Shown: piece by piece, positions 13,250 through 26,949 of the stretch
Layout: each line of letters starts with the position of its first letter
How positions within the stretch are numbered: position 1 is the first letter of the stretch
Assembly: GCF_009834535.1 (NCBI RefSeq)
Contig: NC_045697.1
Location: forward strand, 42,038,001 to 42,102,000
Length of the DNA stretch: 64,000 nt
Direction: 5' to 3'
From: Camelus ferus
Lineage: Eukaryota
Notes under the pieces: model-generated
Databases searched by the model: none
The model's input: the letters and a program-made list of their open reading frames with translations, nothing else
What the model was told of the DNA's origin: nothing
Made by a program: the position numbers and the translations under genes

Positions 13250-13530
13250 ATTCTTCAAGATTTTCTCAAATGACACCTATCAGTCTTTCTTTGGCAATTC
13301 TTTATAAAACAGCAACCATTTTCCACCAAACCCTCCAGCCCTTCCTATCCCTTTGCTAGTTTAAGTTTTGACCAAAACATTTAACTCTATGAGCATTGTA
13401 CATATTTATGTATTACATATTGTCAACCTATCAGAATGAAAAAGGTGACTGTGTTGTTCACTGATCTATCCTTGGGGCTTGGAAGAGCGCCTGTCAGATT
13501 TAGCCAATATCTGTTGAATGAATAAATAAT
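13250..13530 (+). mobile_element. L2 3' end, apparently inserted in a MIR remnant
   Basis: tgttcactgatctatcc...atctgttgaatgaataaataa terminus; MIR-like pieces on both sides. Confidence 0.6.
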
Positions 13531-14019
13531 GACTATAAGGGCTCAGAAGATTGTGATTTGCTCAATTTATAAAGCTAATTGGTGGTAGATTCCAATTTCA
13601 ACCTTGCAATCTATGTATCTTTTGCTCTTTCTATAGACATCCTAAATGCCCCTTTGAGGCCTGATACCTAAAAGAGTGAAGATATTTCCTAAGGTGTTTG
13701 GCACATAGCAGTTTCTCAATAAGTTTTGTTGCATCTGAATCTGAGTAACTGTGTATACTACCCACCACATAAATGTTATGATTTTCCATGTGCCTAAAAG
13801 TCCCTGAAAGAGCTCCAGTGAGAGGAGGGGAGAAGCAGACAGTTCCTGAAAAGGTTTCAAGGAGAATAAGCAAAAGAGGTTGGCTACTGTCCATAAACTG
13901 TAATTCTTAAAGGAATCCATTGCAATCCCCATAAACACTTCGGTTACTGCAAAAACCTTCAGCCTTGTTATCCCCACTAATCTTTTCAGGGTAAAATGTA
14001 TTTTGTTGTTGTTGTTGAA

Positions 14020-15240
14020 CTTAGTGCATGCTCTTTGTAGAAATTTAGAAATGCACAGAAAAACACACAGAAAATATAAATTTCCTGTGTGTAATTTCAC
14101 TGTTCAAAAACAACTCTGTGTATCTTTTCACTTCCATCATATTATGCATGTGTATGTTGCATTATAAATAGTGGAGATTTTAATGAACATACTATTTCAC
14201 ACCTACTTTTTAAAAATTTAAATAGGAATCATAAGCATTTCCCATTTCACTGAGTACTCTTTTTTTTTTACATTTTTTATTGTTATAGTCATTTTACAAT
14301 GTTGTGTCAAATTCCAGTGTAGAGGATTTTTCAGTTATACATGAACATACATATATTCATTGTCACATTTTTTTCGCTGTGAGCTACCAGGCGATCTTGT
14401 ATATATTTTCCTGTGCTATACAGTTCATTAAGTATTCTTAAAACATGAGTTTAAATGACCTTCTTCATGAATGTAGTATAATTTGTTTAACCATTCCCAT
14501 ATTTGTAGATATTTGGTTGATCTTAATTATTTACTATTATAAACAAAGACATGAAAAGATCATGTAAACAAATATTTGTAAACTTCTCTGATTATTTCCT
14601 TAGAATAACTTTTTTCATGGAATTGCTAGGCCACAGAGGATAGAGACCTTACTCTTTTGAGGTGTGTTGTGGACTTTTCATCTGGGTAGGTTATACTGGA
14701 TTAAACTCTCTTAGCAATATGTTTCCCTGAAGTTTTGTCAACATTTTATGATTAAAAAATATATTTCGAATTGGATCTCTCATTATCTATAACTTTATAT
14801 TATGACAAAAAATAGTATGTGTTCATTACAGAAAATGTGAAAAATCTGGACATGAAAATGTTAAATAAAAATCACCCATATTCTAATACATGTAAACACT
14901 GTTAACACTTCGGCATAAATACTTTCAGCTTTGGTTGTTTGTGTGTATGTTTGATTGGCCATAGCAACACATCTAAACACACTAAAATTTTTTAAGTAGG
15001 ATGAAACATACACTTTTAAAATAAAAATACAAACATTTTCTTCTTTTTATTAGTCATTCATTTATAAGAACATTTTAATGCTGCTTTGTATTCCAACATA
15101 CAAATAAAATTTATTTCACCAGGTCACCTATTGCTGGCTGTTAAGGTTAATTCCAATCATATTATTTCAAGCCTATTTAATAAAAGGATTTTTCATATGT
15201 TTATTGATCTTGTGTAATTCTTTTGTAATTTGTCTCTTTT
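14020..15240 (-). mobile_element. Old L1ME-like 3' fragments
   Basis: tgtagtataatttgtttaaccattccc...gatatttggttg, ctctgattatttccttagaataa...gaattgctagg are reversed L1 3' motifs. Confidence 0.6.
14262..14423 (-). mobile_element. Young lineage-specific L1 3' end (same family as 9826-10039)
   Basis: cattttacaatgttgtgtcaaattccagtgt shared with 9869-9899; TSD ttcactgagtactctt (14246-14261) / ttcattaagtattctt (14424-14439). Confidence 0.85.
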
Positions 15241-15759
15241 AGATCTTTTTCTTCAAAAGATATAGTCATAGTTTTCTTCCCAGCATTGGGCGGCTGGAGA
15301 TTTCTACAGAGGCTGGAGAAGCCACAGGCCAAGGAAGCACTTCTCACTTCAACTTGTGGAGAAGAACATCTCCACAGTCACCCCGTTCAAAACATCTCAT
15401 TCAAGCCTAATGAGTCATCCAAGCCTGATACTGGAAAACAGGAAGTCTCAAGTTCCAGTCCAGTTTTGACATCATCTGCTTTTGCAGTCTAAGGCAACAT
15501 CTTGTTCGACAGGCTGCATTCTGCCTGTGGATGTGATATTTACTGAGCTGCCTTACCAAGATTTGTGAAGATGTGTACTACCTTTGTAGCAATTCTAGAA
15601 ATACTGCAAAAGGTGAATGAGTCTCCTTTATGGTCAGAGAATTATCAGGCAGCAATTTGTGTAATAATAAGAGATGCTGTGGTCCAAATAAAAGCTTCAA
15701 CCTTGGAGATGAAAATTATATGGGACCTAATTGATTCCAAGTGTCTCGCCCATCATCCA

Positions 15760-16595
15760 CTAGTAACCTAACTAATTACCTGATTTTGCAAAACAGAAAA
15801 CCTGGTCCTTCTGCAGTGTTCTGTTTCTCAGAGCAAAGGATCATAAATCATCTGGTCACACCAGCTACAAACCTCCCTTCCGAATTCATCGGAGGATGAA
15901 TTGGATGCTTAATTCATCCTCCAATACTCCGTTGACTTTCATTCTTTGCATGGTCTGGAGTCAGTCTACTTCTTTTCATCTCAACTGTCACCTCTTTGGT
16001 TTGTCACCTTCCACATTTCCAGGCCTCTGAAACCTTTCTGAATCTTCTCTAGTCTTCCTGTATGCCCTTTTCTATCTGCAGACAGGGTGAACTTTCAAAT
16101 ATGGAAACCCTATACTTTGTCATGATAGTTTCCCATTGTTATCATGGTTCTTCAAACTCATCTCACATTATTTTACCCCTGCTTTTAGTTACTCCCACCA
16201 CAAGGCTTTCCCACATAACCGTTCCCTCTGCTTGGACAGTCCACCACCACCACCACTGTCCTCCTGCTGCCCCACATTCACAAGTTACATCCTACTCATT
16301 GAGACCTAAACTCAAATATCATTTCCTCTATGAACACGGTCTTGACTCGTCACTTTAGGTCAGATTCCCTGATTAAGGATTCTTGTAGTCTCGGGAACTT
16401 TTCCTGATACAGCTACAATTTTACATGCATTTACTTATATCTATCCACAACACCAAATTATAAGTCCCAGTTGTGCAGGCGCATACATGAGCCATTATGT
16501 TGCCCCATAAGTGCCTCCCCAGCACCCAGCACACTGCTAAAAACACATGAAGAAATCAAAATTAAAACATGAAATGAAAGAATGAGTGAATACAT
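15760..16595 (+). mobile_element. L2 LINE fragment(s)
   Basis: gttccctctgcttggacag, ctcaaatatcatttcctct, ccccagcacccagcaca, and gaatgagtgaa terminus. Confidence 0.65.
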
Positions 16596-18251
16596 CCTCT
16601 TTTCTCTTTACTTACACTAAGTTTTCTAATATATGTCACCCAAACTTTAAAATTGGTGACTATTTCTGTTTTAATTTGATCATCAGCTGAGAAATGAGAA
16701 AAAAATATGCTGATGATCTTAAAGGCTTTAACTGATTTTCTTATTCTTACTCAGAAAAAAAAATAATATATTGTATAGAAAATTAAGATATTCATTATTC
16801 ATATTATCCTTATAAGAATCCTTTGAAACACATAAGGAACATTATTAATACCTTAAAATATTATTAAAGGATAAAAACTGAATAAGCTATTGTATGGGGG
16901 AAGGTGCCAAGGATGATAAGTGAGAGGCATCTAAACAGGAGCCAATGGAAGAACAGTTCCTACACAGGTGCATTCTCAAGGTGGTCAGTCACCTCCATAT
17001 GTTCTTAAATATTCAGTGCTTCAAATAAATGACCTTATCAAAGACAATTTATAATGTGCATTTTCTTATCCCCCCAATTAACAGAGAACAAAAAGCCATG
17101 GTAATTAAGTAAAAATTTAACTTTTGTTTCTTCTGAAAATGGAAAATATTAGTTTACCCACAATGATTAAGCAGTTTATCTCACCACAGTGCCACGAGGT
17201 GTAACAAAATAAATGAGTTAGTGCATTTAGGAAAGCAGAATCTTTGCTCATAAATGTCACTGAAAGCTGGTTTTTATGAACTTGAAATATAAACTAATCT
17301 CTAACATATTAGACATTAAAATAGGGAAGTCTGATGCAGGGAGGTGATAATGATTAATCAAAGATAATTTTCTCAGCATCATCACAATACACACACTGCA
17401 AGATTTCTCTCTAAAATCTCATAATGTAGGATCCAAGATGAAAGTCCCTTTTATCAAGGACTGAGGAATTTAGAACGGAACACCCAGAGAAAAATATTCA
17501 GAGCTTGCCATGGCAGGAAGAGAGAGGTCTCTGTTTGAGTCCCCAAATCAGCTGAACTAAAAACCCCACTGAGAATTTACTATAAGACAATCTATTATGT
17601 AATTTTGGACTTATTTGTACACCACTGTTCTATTTGCCTTCATTTATAATCTTTTAATTTGGAATCAAATCAGTAAAATAATTTGAATATTCACATATAT
17701 CATATGCAAAATAGATGAGTTTAAAAGATGGTATGGTGATGAGCAGGGAGGGGTTAGCGATATCATTAAATTTTTGTGTGAAAGTGGGTCCGTGAGTACC
17801 AGTGACATAGCTATTGCTTCCTTCCAGAATAGGATTATGATTTCTTTGTTCATCGCATTATCAAATTTGTCTGTGTAAAACATAATAGTTGGCTGAGGAA
17901 TGATTAATCGTGCTGTGAGCTTTGAAGACACTTTCTCTCTATTGCCACCCAAATCTTTCCTTAAGATTTTGTGTTTCTTCAGAAAAGCCGAGCTGCATTA
18001 TAAACCGTGTAGTCATTTGCTTTGAATATTACGTGTTGCCTTGGAAAGTATATGAGATATGATATATTTTTTCCTTCAAATGCTACTTCCTTTTTCATGT
18101 TCAATGCACAGTTCTACCTGTACCATGGTGAGCCCTGATCAATAAAAAAGACAGAATTCTGGGAATAGGAATGTAAACATCTCACTAAATGCTCGATCAC
18201 ACAGAAAACCTCTGGCTATCTTCCCATACTCTTACTTGGAAAAGCCCTGCC

Positions 18252-19969
18252 ACCCAACTTAATTTATAGATTCAATACAATTCCAATCAAAATCCTAGCA
18301 AGTTAATTCGTGGATATCTACAAACTGATTGTAAAGTTTATATGAGAGGCAAAAGAACCAGAATAGCCTACACATGACTGAAAGAGAAGAACAAAGTCAA
18401 GGACTGACACCACCCAACTTCAAGACTCACTATAAAGCTACAGTAATGAAGTCAGCGTGGTCTTGGCAAAAGAATAAACAAAGAGATCAATGGCACAGAA
18501 CAGAGAGCTCAGAAATAGAACCATGTAAATATAATCAACTGATCTTTGACAAAGGAGCAAAGGCAATATAAGGGAGCAAAGAGAATCTCTTCAACAAATG
18601 GTGCTGGAACAACTGGATACCCACATGCAAACAATGAATCTACAAACAGACCTACATCCTTCACAAAAATTAACCCCAAATGGATCATAGACACAAAGGT
18701 AAAACACAAAACTATAAAACTCCTAGAAGATTTATATAGAAGAAAACCTAGTTGACCTTGGGTATGGTGATACCTGTTTAGATACAAACACCACCAAGGA
18801 CACATAAAAGAAAATAAATAATTGATAAGTTGAACTTCATCAAAATTTAAAACTTCTGCTCTGTGAAAGATAATGTCAAGAAAGCAAGAACACAAGCCAC
18901 AGACTGGGAGAAAACATTTGCAAAATGCACAGCTGATAAAGGATGGTCTTCTAAAATATACAAAAAACTCATAAAATTCAATAGTAAAAAAAAAAATCTG
19001 ATTAAAAAATGGGCTAAAGACCTTAATTACTTCATCAAAAAAGATATACAGATGGCAAATAAGCATATGAAAAGATATTCCACGTCATATGTCATCATGG
19101 AAATGAAAACAATGAGATACCATTATACACATATTAGAAGTGCCAAAATCTGGACAGTGCCAAGTGCCAGTGAACATCTGGGGCATCAGGAACTCTCAGT
19201 CATTGCTGGTGGGAATGCAAAATGGTTGTCACTTTGGAAGACAGTTTGGCAGTTTCTCATAAAACTACACATAACCCTTTTTATATGATCCAGTAATCAT
19301 GCTGTTAGGTATTTATCCAAAAGAGATGAAATCTTACATCCACACAAAAACCTGCAGACAGAGGTTTATAGCAACTTTATTCATAATTGCCAGAACTTGG
19401 AAGAAACCAAGATGCCTTTTAGTAAGTGAATGGATAAACAAATTGCGGTACATCCAGACAACTGAATATTATTCAGAAATAAAAAGAAATGAGCCATGAA
19501 AAGACCTGGAGGAATCTTAAATGCATATCACTAACTGAAAGAAGCCAATCTGAAAAGGCTACATGCTGTATGACTCCAAATGTATGACATGTTAGAAAAG
19601 AAAAAACTATGGAGACAGTAAAAGATTAGTGTTGGGAGGGAAGAGGGATGAATAGACAGAGCACAAAAGACTTTTAGGACACTGAAAATACTCTATACGA
19701 GATTATAATGATAGACACATGTCATTCAATATTTGTCCAAATCTACAGAGTATACAACATCAAGAGTGAACCTCAAGGTGAGCTATGGACTTTGGGTGAT
19801 AGTGATTTGTCAATGTAGGCTTATCCTTGGTGACAAATATACTATCTGGTGAGTGATGTTGATAATGGGGGAGACTATGCATGTGTGGGGACAGGATTAC
19901 ATAGGAAATCTTCATACCTTCCTCTCAATTTTTCTGTGAACCTAAAACTGCTCTAAAAAATTGATGATT
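18252..19969 (+). mobile_element. L1MC1-like LINE-1: ORF2 C-terminal remnant plus 3'UTR
   Basis: Broken ORF2 peptides ([45 protein letters not shown]); L1MC-type 3'UTR tatggactttgggtgat...gtgaacctaaaactgctctaaaaaa. Confidence 0.9.
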
Positions 19970-20112
19970 AAAGGAAAGAAAGAAAGAAAAAGAAAGAAAG
20001 GAAGAAAGAAAGAAAGGAAGGAAGGAAGGAAGAAAGAAAGAAAAGGAGAGGAGAAAAAAGAAAGGAGAGAGGGTGGAAAGAAGGAAGGAAGTGGGGGAGG
20101 GAGGAGAGGGGA
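19970..20112 (+). repeat. (GAAA)n/(GGAA)n polypurine tract derived from the L1 tail
   Basis: Uninterrupted purines at 19970-20073. Confidence 0.9.
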
Positions 20113-20539
20113 CAGCCCCAGGCCTCTGTGAGTTGCTAACAGAACTCTGAGCTCTCTCCTTCTTGGATGCAAGTAATAGTTCTGTGTGATCACTACAGAA
20201 CCAGTTCTGTGTCCTAGGGTCTTCCCATGATCTCACTTTGGGAAACTGGATTCATATGCTCATATTTTGTTGCCAGCAAAGGAGAGTCTTAAGGAAAGTG
20301 TGTTCTTCATTGATCTTCATAAATTAACAGTTTTAAAGACTCTATGACCCCTTAAAATAGCTTTACCAAATGGACAAAAGGGAAAGATTGTATCCATTTC
20401 TGTTTACCTTCTTTATAAAATATTCTATGACATTTTAAAATAAAAAATTCCATATAGAAAAAGCCAAAATTCAGTATTCAATACTTTGGAACCTAAGTAA
20501 TTTCAATGTTGTCATCTGCATATCATAAAAAGAATCTTT

Positions 20540-20733
20540 TAGTGATTCTCAGCTGGGGAAGCTTGGCAATGTCTGCAGACATTTTTGGTTGTCACAACTT
20601 GGGGAGGGAGTACTAGTGGCATCTAGTGGGTGGCGGTCAGGGATGCTGCCAGACATCCTACAAAGCACAAGACACACACAGCAAAGAACTGCCCAGTCTC
20701 TAATGTCAATAGAGCTTACATTGAAAAGCTGTG
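20540..20733 (+). mobile_element. MER20, near full length
   Basis: ttggcaatgtctgcagacatttttggttgtcacaact...ggcatctagtgggt...gggatgctgcc...aatgtcaatag. Confidence 0.9.
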
Positions 20734-20859
20734 CTTTAATTTAAAGTGAGTTAAGAAGAGGTTCAAATAGAAGAGATTGCTTCATATATCACTGAACAAA
20801 TAGTTATCTATTAAATGGGCTTTGATATAGTAGAAATACCAAAGTTTATTTCCAAGTGT

Positions 20860-21080
20860 CCATTCAGTCATTTATTTAGCTAACAAATCTTTATTGAGCA
20901 CCTACTATGTGACAAGAACTATGTAAGTTCTTAGGCATGAAACCTTGAACAGAAATACAATTTCACTTCCACAAAAGTTACATTTAAGTTGAGAAATTGA
21001 AAACAAAACAATAAATTAAAAAACACAGACTGTGATGAATGGCATAAAGAAAAGAAACAAAAGGGGCTCTTACAGAATGT
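20860..21080 (-). mobile_element. L2 3' end
   Basis: cattcagtcatttatt...ttattgagcacctactatgtg. Confidence 0.7.
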
Positions 21081-21699
21081 TGAGAAGAATTAATCAAAAA
21101 TGAATTAAAAATGTGCAACATGTCATAACATTACTGCAGTGTTTGGACAAAATGAATATATTCTTTCATGCTATAAAAGCCACCCTAAGAGCATATTCAA
21201 ATTTTATTCATCACTTACCAATGTTCTTACTGATGAAGAAAGTCAGATTTGAGTATCTATTTCTTATACATTCTTTTATAAAAGACTACCAGAATGCAAA
21301 ACTAAAAAGGCTTTCCAAGGCATGCATCAATTTGAATATATTGCCCCGGGAGTGTTTTTTTAAAAAAATAGTTTACATGGGAGTTACTAACAGAGTTGAA
21401 TAACTACAGCATGTTACACGTCCCTTGCATGAAAAGCATACTGATGGAAACCGCAACATGAAGGAGAAGCAGCCCAACTTCTCTAAGTGAGTAGCTCAGC
21501 ACAGAAATGCCTCAACTGTGAAAATGCTTTACCATGTGTCATCTAAAGTTTCCTGTGGGGTTTTCGCCTTCCACAGGAAGGTGAGTGATTGCTGCAAGCC
21601 ACTCTAGTGCGAAGCTTATCCTACGGCAAAATCTGAATGTGCTATGCCTTCTAGATTTTTTTCTCTGATTGATGAAGGCCTCATCTCCTCTCTGCTCAC

Positions 21700-22315
21700 C
21701 TGAGGTTTTTAATGGCCTTCCTAACTAATATCCCAGCTCCTTTCTTGCTCTTCTGAAACCCACATATGGTGCTTTTTTTTTTTTTTTAACATAGATCGGA
21801 TCATATTACTATGCCTCTTAAAACTCTTCAATACATTTTTTCCACTAAATGCTAGGGAAAAAAATAGCCTTAATGTCTTTAACAAGGGCCTGGATTATCT
21901 GGCCCCTGCCTATAGCTCCAAACTCTTCTGTCCCCACTCACTGCATGACTCTTCCTCAGTCACAATGACTTCTTTTCTGTATCTATAACACAAGCTCTTC
22001 TCTACCCAAGGGCCTTTGTACCTGCTGTTCCCTTCTCCCACTCTAGACCTCTCTACCTAGAGGAAATCTGCCACCCCATCCCCTAACTCTTCACTTCAGC
22101 ACACAGGTTTCTTTTTTTTCTACACAACACTTATCACAGTTTATATATATATATTTTTTTAGTTACATATTTATTGTATGTGTTCTCAAATAAAATGTGA
22201 GCTCCATAAAGTTGAAACCTTACAACCTTGTCCTCAATTTTAGTCCCAGCATCTAACAGTTGTTGGGTACGCACTAAGGGTTAAATATATATTAACTGAA
22301 TGAACAAATAAACAA
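21700..22315 (+). mobile_element. L2 fragment
   Basis: gattatctggcccctgccta, caagggcctttgtacctgctgttccc, tgtgagctccat, and tgaatgaacaaataaa terminus. Confidence 0.75.
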
Positions 22316-22814
22316 TGTAAGTGGATTCATTTCGTTTAACAAAAAGTGTTATCTTTGCAGGCCACAATTTGCAAAATATCTACAGTTAGTATAAGTTTAG
22401 AGTTTATTAAGTTCATACAAAATGCTAAATATAAATAGTAGAGTCATTTCCACTTATACTTGAATTTTACACATAGGACTCACGGTACATATAATACAAA
22501 ACTAAAATTTGATACAGCATTTTTAATAGCAATTCACATGTATTTCTTAGGGGAAGATGTTTTCCTTCAATAAAATCATGAGGTGCAATGTTATTACATC
22601 AATGTCACCAAAGTGTGGTTATTAATAGACATATCTAATCTGAGGCGGTCACCTGGGTAAACAAATCCAATGGAAGTTTTCCATCCAATAAGCATGGACT
22701 TTTCACCTAAGATAAGGAGGCTTCTTCTCTATGGATCTTTTACATACAAAGATGATTTTCTGGCATCATTTACTGATGATTCCTCTTTCCCAGAGAAGAC
22801 ATACAGTATAGTGG

Positions 22815-22945
22815 GAATAGGACAGAAAGCTCAAGAGGCACTGAGCTCTGTTTCCAGCTTGACCACTTCTCTAGATCTGAATTCTTGGGCAGGCTGCTCA
22901 ACATAGCTGCGGCTTCAACATCCTCATTTGTGAAATGAGATGTTT
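22815..22945 (+). mobile_element. MIR fragment
   Basis: cttgggcagg...ggcttcaacatcctcatttgtgaaatgagat is MIR core-like. Confidence 0.5.
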
Positions 22946-23076
22946 GCCTTCATGTGGTGTAATACCCTACACCAGCACCCTCTCCTAAACATCTCTCCGG
23001 AGTAAGATAGTCAAACATCTCCTCTCTCTAACTCTTCCTCTGCCTCACTGCAAGCAGCATGGTAGACCATTCAGAC

Positions 23077-23402
23077 CTGTGTGATCCAAATGGTAGCCAT
23101 TAGCCACACAGAGCTACTGAAAACCTGAAATGTGGCTAGTTGAATTAAGATGTGCTGTAAGTATTAAATATGCATAGATCTGAAGACAGTATAAAATGAA
23201 AATGTAACATGTCTCAATGAATTTTATACTTATTACATGTTGAAGTTATGATATTTTGGATATAATGGGTCAAGTAAGAATGTATTAATAAAATGAACTT
23301 TACCTGTACATTTTATTTTTTTTAATTACACTTTTGGAAAACTTAAAATTACTTATGTGACTTCCATTTGCAACCTGCCTTATATTTCTATTGAATAGTC
23401 TG
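23077..23402. mobile_element. MER33 (hAT-Charlie), full length
   Basis: tccaaatggtagccattagccacac...tgaaatgtggctagt...gatgtgctgtaagt...tatatttctattgaatag; ~325 bp. Confidence 0.8.
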
Positions 23403-26399
23403 ATTTTGGTGTTTGTTTTTTTTTTTTTTTTCTTCTCAGTTTGCAGTTACTTGTTTGCTTTGGAAAATGTTGTAAAAATTTATTACTAAAATGCCTTCAA
23501 ACTTGAATATCCAAGTTCCTATAATTCTGCAGTCATACAACCAAATGAGATTATTATTATAGGTCACCATTATACCATATGAGATCCAGCACTACAATCC
23601 AACCCCTTGATTGATCTCATTCATCTTACTCTTTTCAAATAATAATTTCAAGTACCAAAAATCTCAAAGAATCATCACTCATTAGTATAATGATGAGCTA
23701 CTGAGAAACATCAAATTGTAGTTTCGCCAAGATGTTAAAAAAACTACACACACATATACATAAGCACACACATTTCCAGCTCTGTCACTAAACACATACG
23801 TTTTGGGACAAGACATTCACCCTTTCTGAGCCTTGGTTTCCTTATAAATGAACTGATGGTGAAATATTAGGAAGAATAAAAATAATTCTGATATGTCTAA
23901 ATATAATATGAGTAGCTAGAATGGTATAAAACTGTAGGATGGAGACTAGCCCCGTATTTGGGCCGAATGAGTTCAGACTCTCAATACCTCCAGACTTGCA
24001 TCCATTTATTAACCATGCAGAACACAGCTAAATTTTTACCTCATTTTAATAAGAAAATGAACGAGTTTCTAAAATGATATAAATTCATCTTTTGAGAAGT
24101 CATGAAGTTTCCATTTTCTTGCTTTATAATATGGCTGCATAATGAACAAGGATTCTTGTGACATATTAAACCGTAACACATCTATCCCTTAGGATAAGCT
24201 TGAAATCATTCTCCAAGTTAAAATGAAGAATGAAAGGTGCATTTGATCATCTCCCAAGTGTCATCTCGGTTATCACAATACCACTGTCTGTCATAATTAT
24301 AGATTCACAAGTCTTCAGATATCTTCACTGATATTTTAATTGGGAAAATTGTTTGCTTAATTTCATGTTATATCTAGTTCACTGTAGGCTCAACTGATAG
24401 GATATTCTGAAAGTTAAATTTTATTTTTTAAGATTCTCTATTTATTAACCTGTAGAGGCAACCACTCCAGATGGTAATTATCAAGCTATTTATGATAACA
24501 GCTATAATAAAAAATCCATATATATATATAAAATAATCTCATTAAGCATTTATTCAATGCCTCCCATAGATCAGTGTCTACATAGAGAAAGACATAGTCA
24601 CTGCCTGAAAGGGACATAAAATTTACATTTTCAATGAGATTTTATGTAAAATTGCTTGTAAGATCTTTGTGGTAGCCATATGACTAGAGATAAAGAAACA
24701 AAACATATCCAAAACTGGGAAATAGGTAATACATATTTTTTACTCCTTACCTGTTTAGGCAATCCTCATCCTGCTCCTGCAAACCCTTTTACTCTCTCTA
24801 GGAACCACTTTGCTCTCCTCCAATAAGGGCTTGGTTTTCTCAAGAAACCTGGTTTTCTGAAGTAATTTCACCTTTATTTCTTAACTTATATTATTCTCAA
24901 TCAATATTAATTAAGTGCTAACTATGTGCTAGGCAATGGGATCATATGAATAAGACTCTGCAGCTTTCCTCACAATGTTGATACTCTAATTAACAACTGT
25001 ATTTAGAGCAAGAAACCCTTGAACATCAAAAAAAAGTACTGAGTTGTGGACTTTTAGCCACAGTGGAAGGTGTTGGGTGATATTTGATTAAAAGAATAAT
25101 TTTCCCACTTCCCTTTAAATGAAGAAAAGAAAATCAACAACTCTTTTTTTTTTTTTTGACTACGAATTCATACCAATAATATTTTACATCTTAAGACTGA
25201 GTGAAAAAATATCTTCTGATCCATTATTTCTAATATGCAATTTATTCATGAAAGTAACATATCCACAGAAAATTTATATTTAAATACTGAGGATTACAAT
25301 GAAAAGTGAAATCCTTGCTGTAAAAAAAAACAAAACAGTATTTTTTGGTGACAGACTGAGTGCTTTACATGAATCTGCTAGATATTGTTCCTTTAATGTG
25401 AATGTCTTTTTTACAAATGATGATTTTATATATTTTTAAATTTTATTTTGTTTCAAATGATACTTGGACTTAAAATATTATGATATCTAGTTAAAGAAGA
25501 GTCAAATGATGGCCATTTTGAATACTGTTGAAAAACAGTAATGGTAAACTTGAAATTGGATTCGATGCTCCTCATTATAATAAAAAAATAAATCTGGCCA
25601 TCAGGCCCTATAACTTTTTTTTTTTTAGAACAATGAGGGCAAACGCTAGATATTATATTGAACTGTTTTATGCATAAATTTCACTCTATTTGTATTTCAG
25701 AAGAATATTCCAGATTTCAGCCCACTAGATTTTCCATTTTCTCTTTTAGAAAAGCTGGTCTTAAAACCGAGAGACAAACAAGATTACAGGAAGAAAGTGA
25801 ATGCAGGATTTTAACTGCCTTCCTCATAACCACAGGCATCCCAGCTAAATCAGAAAGGAATTCCTGCAGTCCCTGAAAAGGTTCCATCTCCCTTCTCGTC
25901 TCTTACTTCATCCTGCATTTATCTAAACATCACTGAGACAATAATATTTTCTATGGAAGATAAAGGAAAAACAGGAAAGTGTCCACACAGAAGTTGTTTT
26001 TAATAGCTTTTATTATGAGGCTCAGGACCTTGACCCCTGACCTTTTTAGCTGTCCACTGTCTATTTAATGCTTGACCTTCAATTCTGGCATGATTTTGAC
26101 TCCATTCCCCAAAGCACAGAAGACTGCAAGGCAGGTAAGAATTAGAATCCTTAGATAAGACTGGACTCATAAACATGCATCACAGTTTTCTTCTTATAAA
26201 ATGAAAGCACATTTCCAGGGATTATTTGGTTTCTACTTGTCAAATCCCATTCTGTCTATACCAAAGGACTTTACATAGTCACCAACAGCGACACTGGTTA
26301 GGTAGGAAAAGCTAAGTTTTCAAGTACAATTTTTTTTTTGCATATAAGGGGGTTTATTGTTACATCGGTAAATATGAAGCCAACAAAACAATAAATCAG

Positions 26400-26625
26400 A
26401 GAGTATGCTAGTTCCCTTGGAGGAATTAGGATCCTATATATTGTTGAGTGAGAAAAGCAGGATAGAGAAAATTAGGCACAATATGATACAATATTTGTAA
26501 AGGTACATACCTTCCCATACTGTATATATTACAAGTAATGGTAAGCATAAATATTCATGTATGTGTGTATTTCATGTAATTATATGCATATGGGAAAATA
26601 TAGAAGGAAATGTATTAGGTTTTTA
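26400..26625 (+). mobile_element. Old L1 3' fragment
   Basis: tatattgttgagtgagaaaagcaggata...aatatgatac. Confidence 0.5.
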
Positions 26626-26949
26626 ACATGGAATACTTTTTCTCTGCGGAGAAGATGAAAAGGAAAAGAAGGAAAGAGAAGTATCCAAAAAACCGTTGTA
26701 TTTCAAAAACCAGCAACATACTTCCAAGTGTTGGAGGGTGAACTTGGAGGAGGTTGCTAGGTAAAGATAGGTAGTAGTGGCTGAATGAGGACGATTCCAT
26801 TTATATAATTATGCAAAATTATGTACACATGCACATTTATATAAATTTTAATGTGATAAAATATAATGAATTTGCTCATTCTGTAAAATATTTCAGCAGT
26901 GTCTTCATTGAATTTTCAGTGATTTCATACCATTGGGTCATTTCAGGCT

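Noticed and set aside
13642..14100. 152-aa minus-strand ORF
   Set aside because: Non-ATG start, overlaps decayed repeats, no recognisable domain.
18374..19499. ORFs up to 185 aa
   Set aside because: Frameshifted L1 ORF2 remnants and their antisense; not a gene or an active element.
9283..21499. Exact 14-mer agtgagtagctcag at 9283-9296 and 21486-21499
   Set aside because: Several 14-mer matches are expected by chance in 64 kb, and the flanks do not extend.
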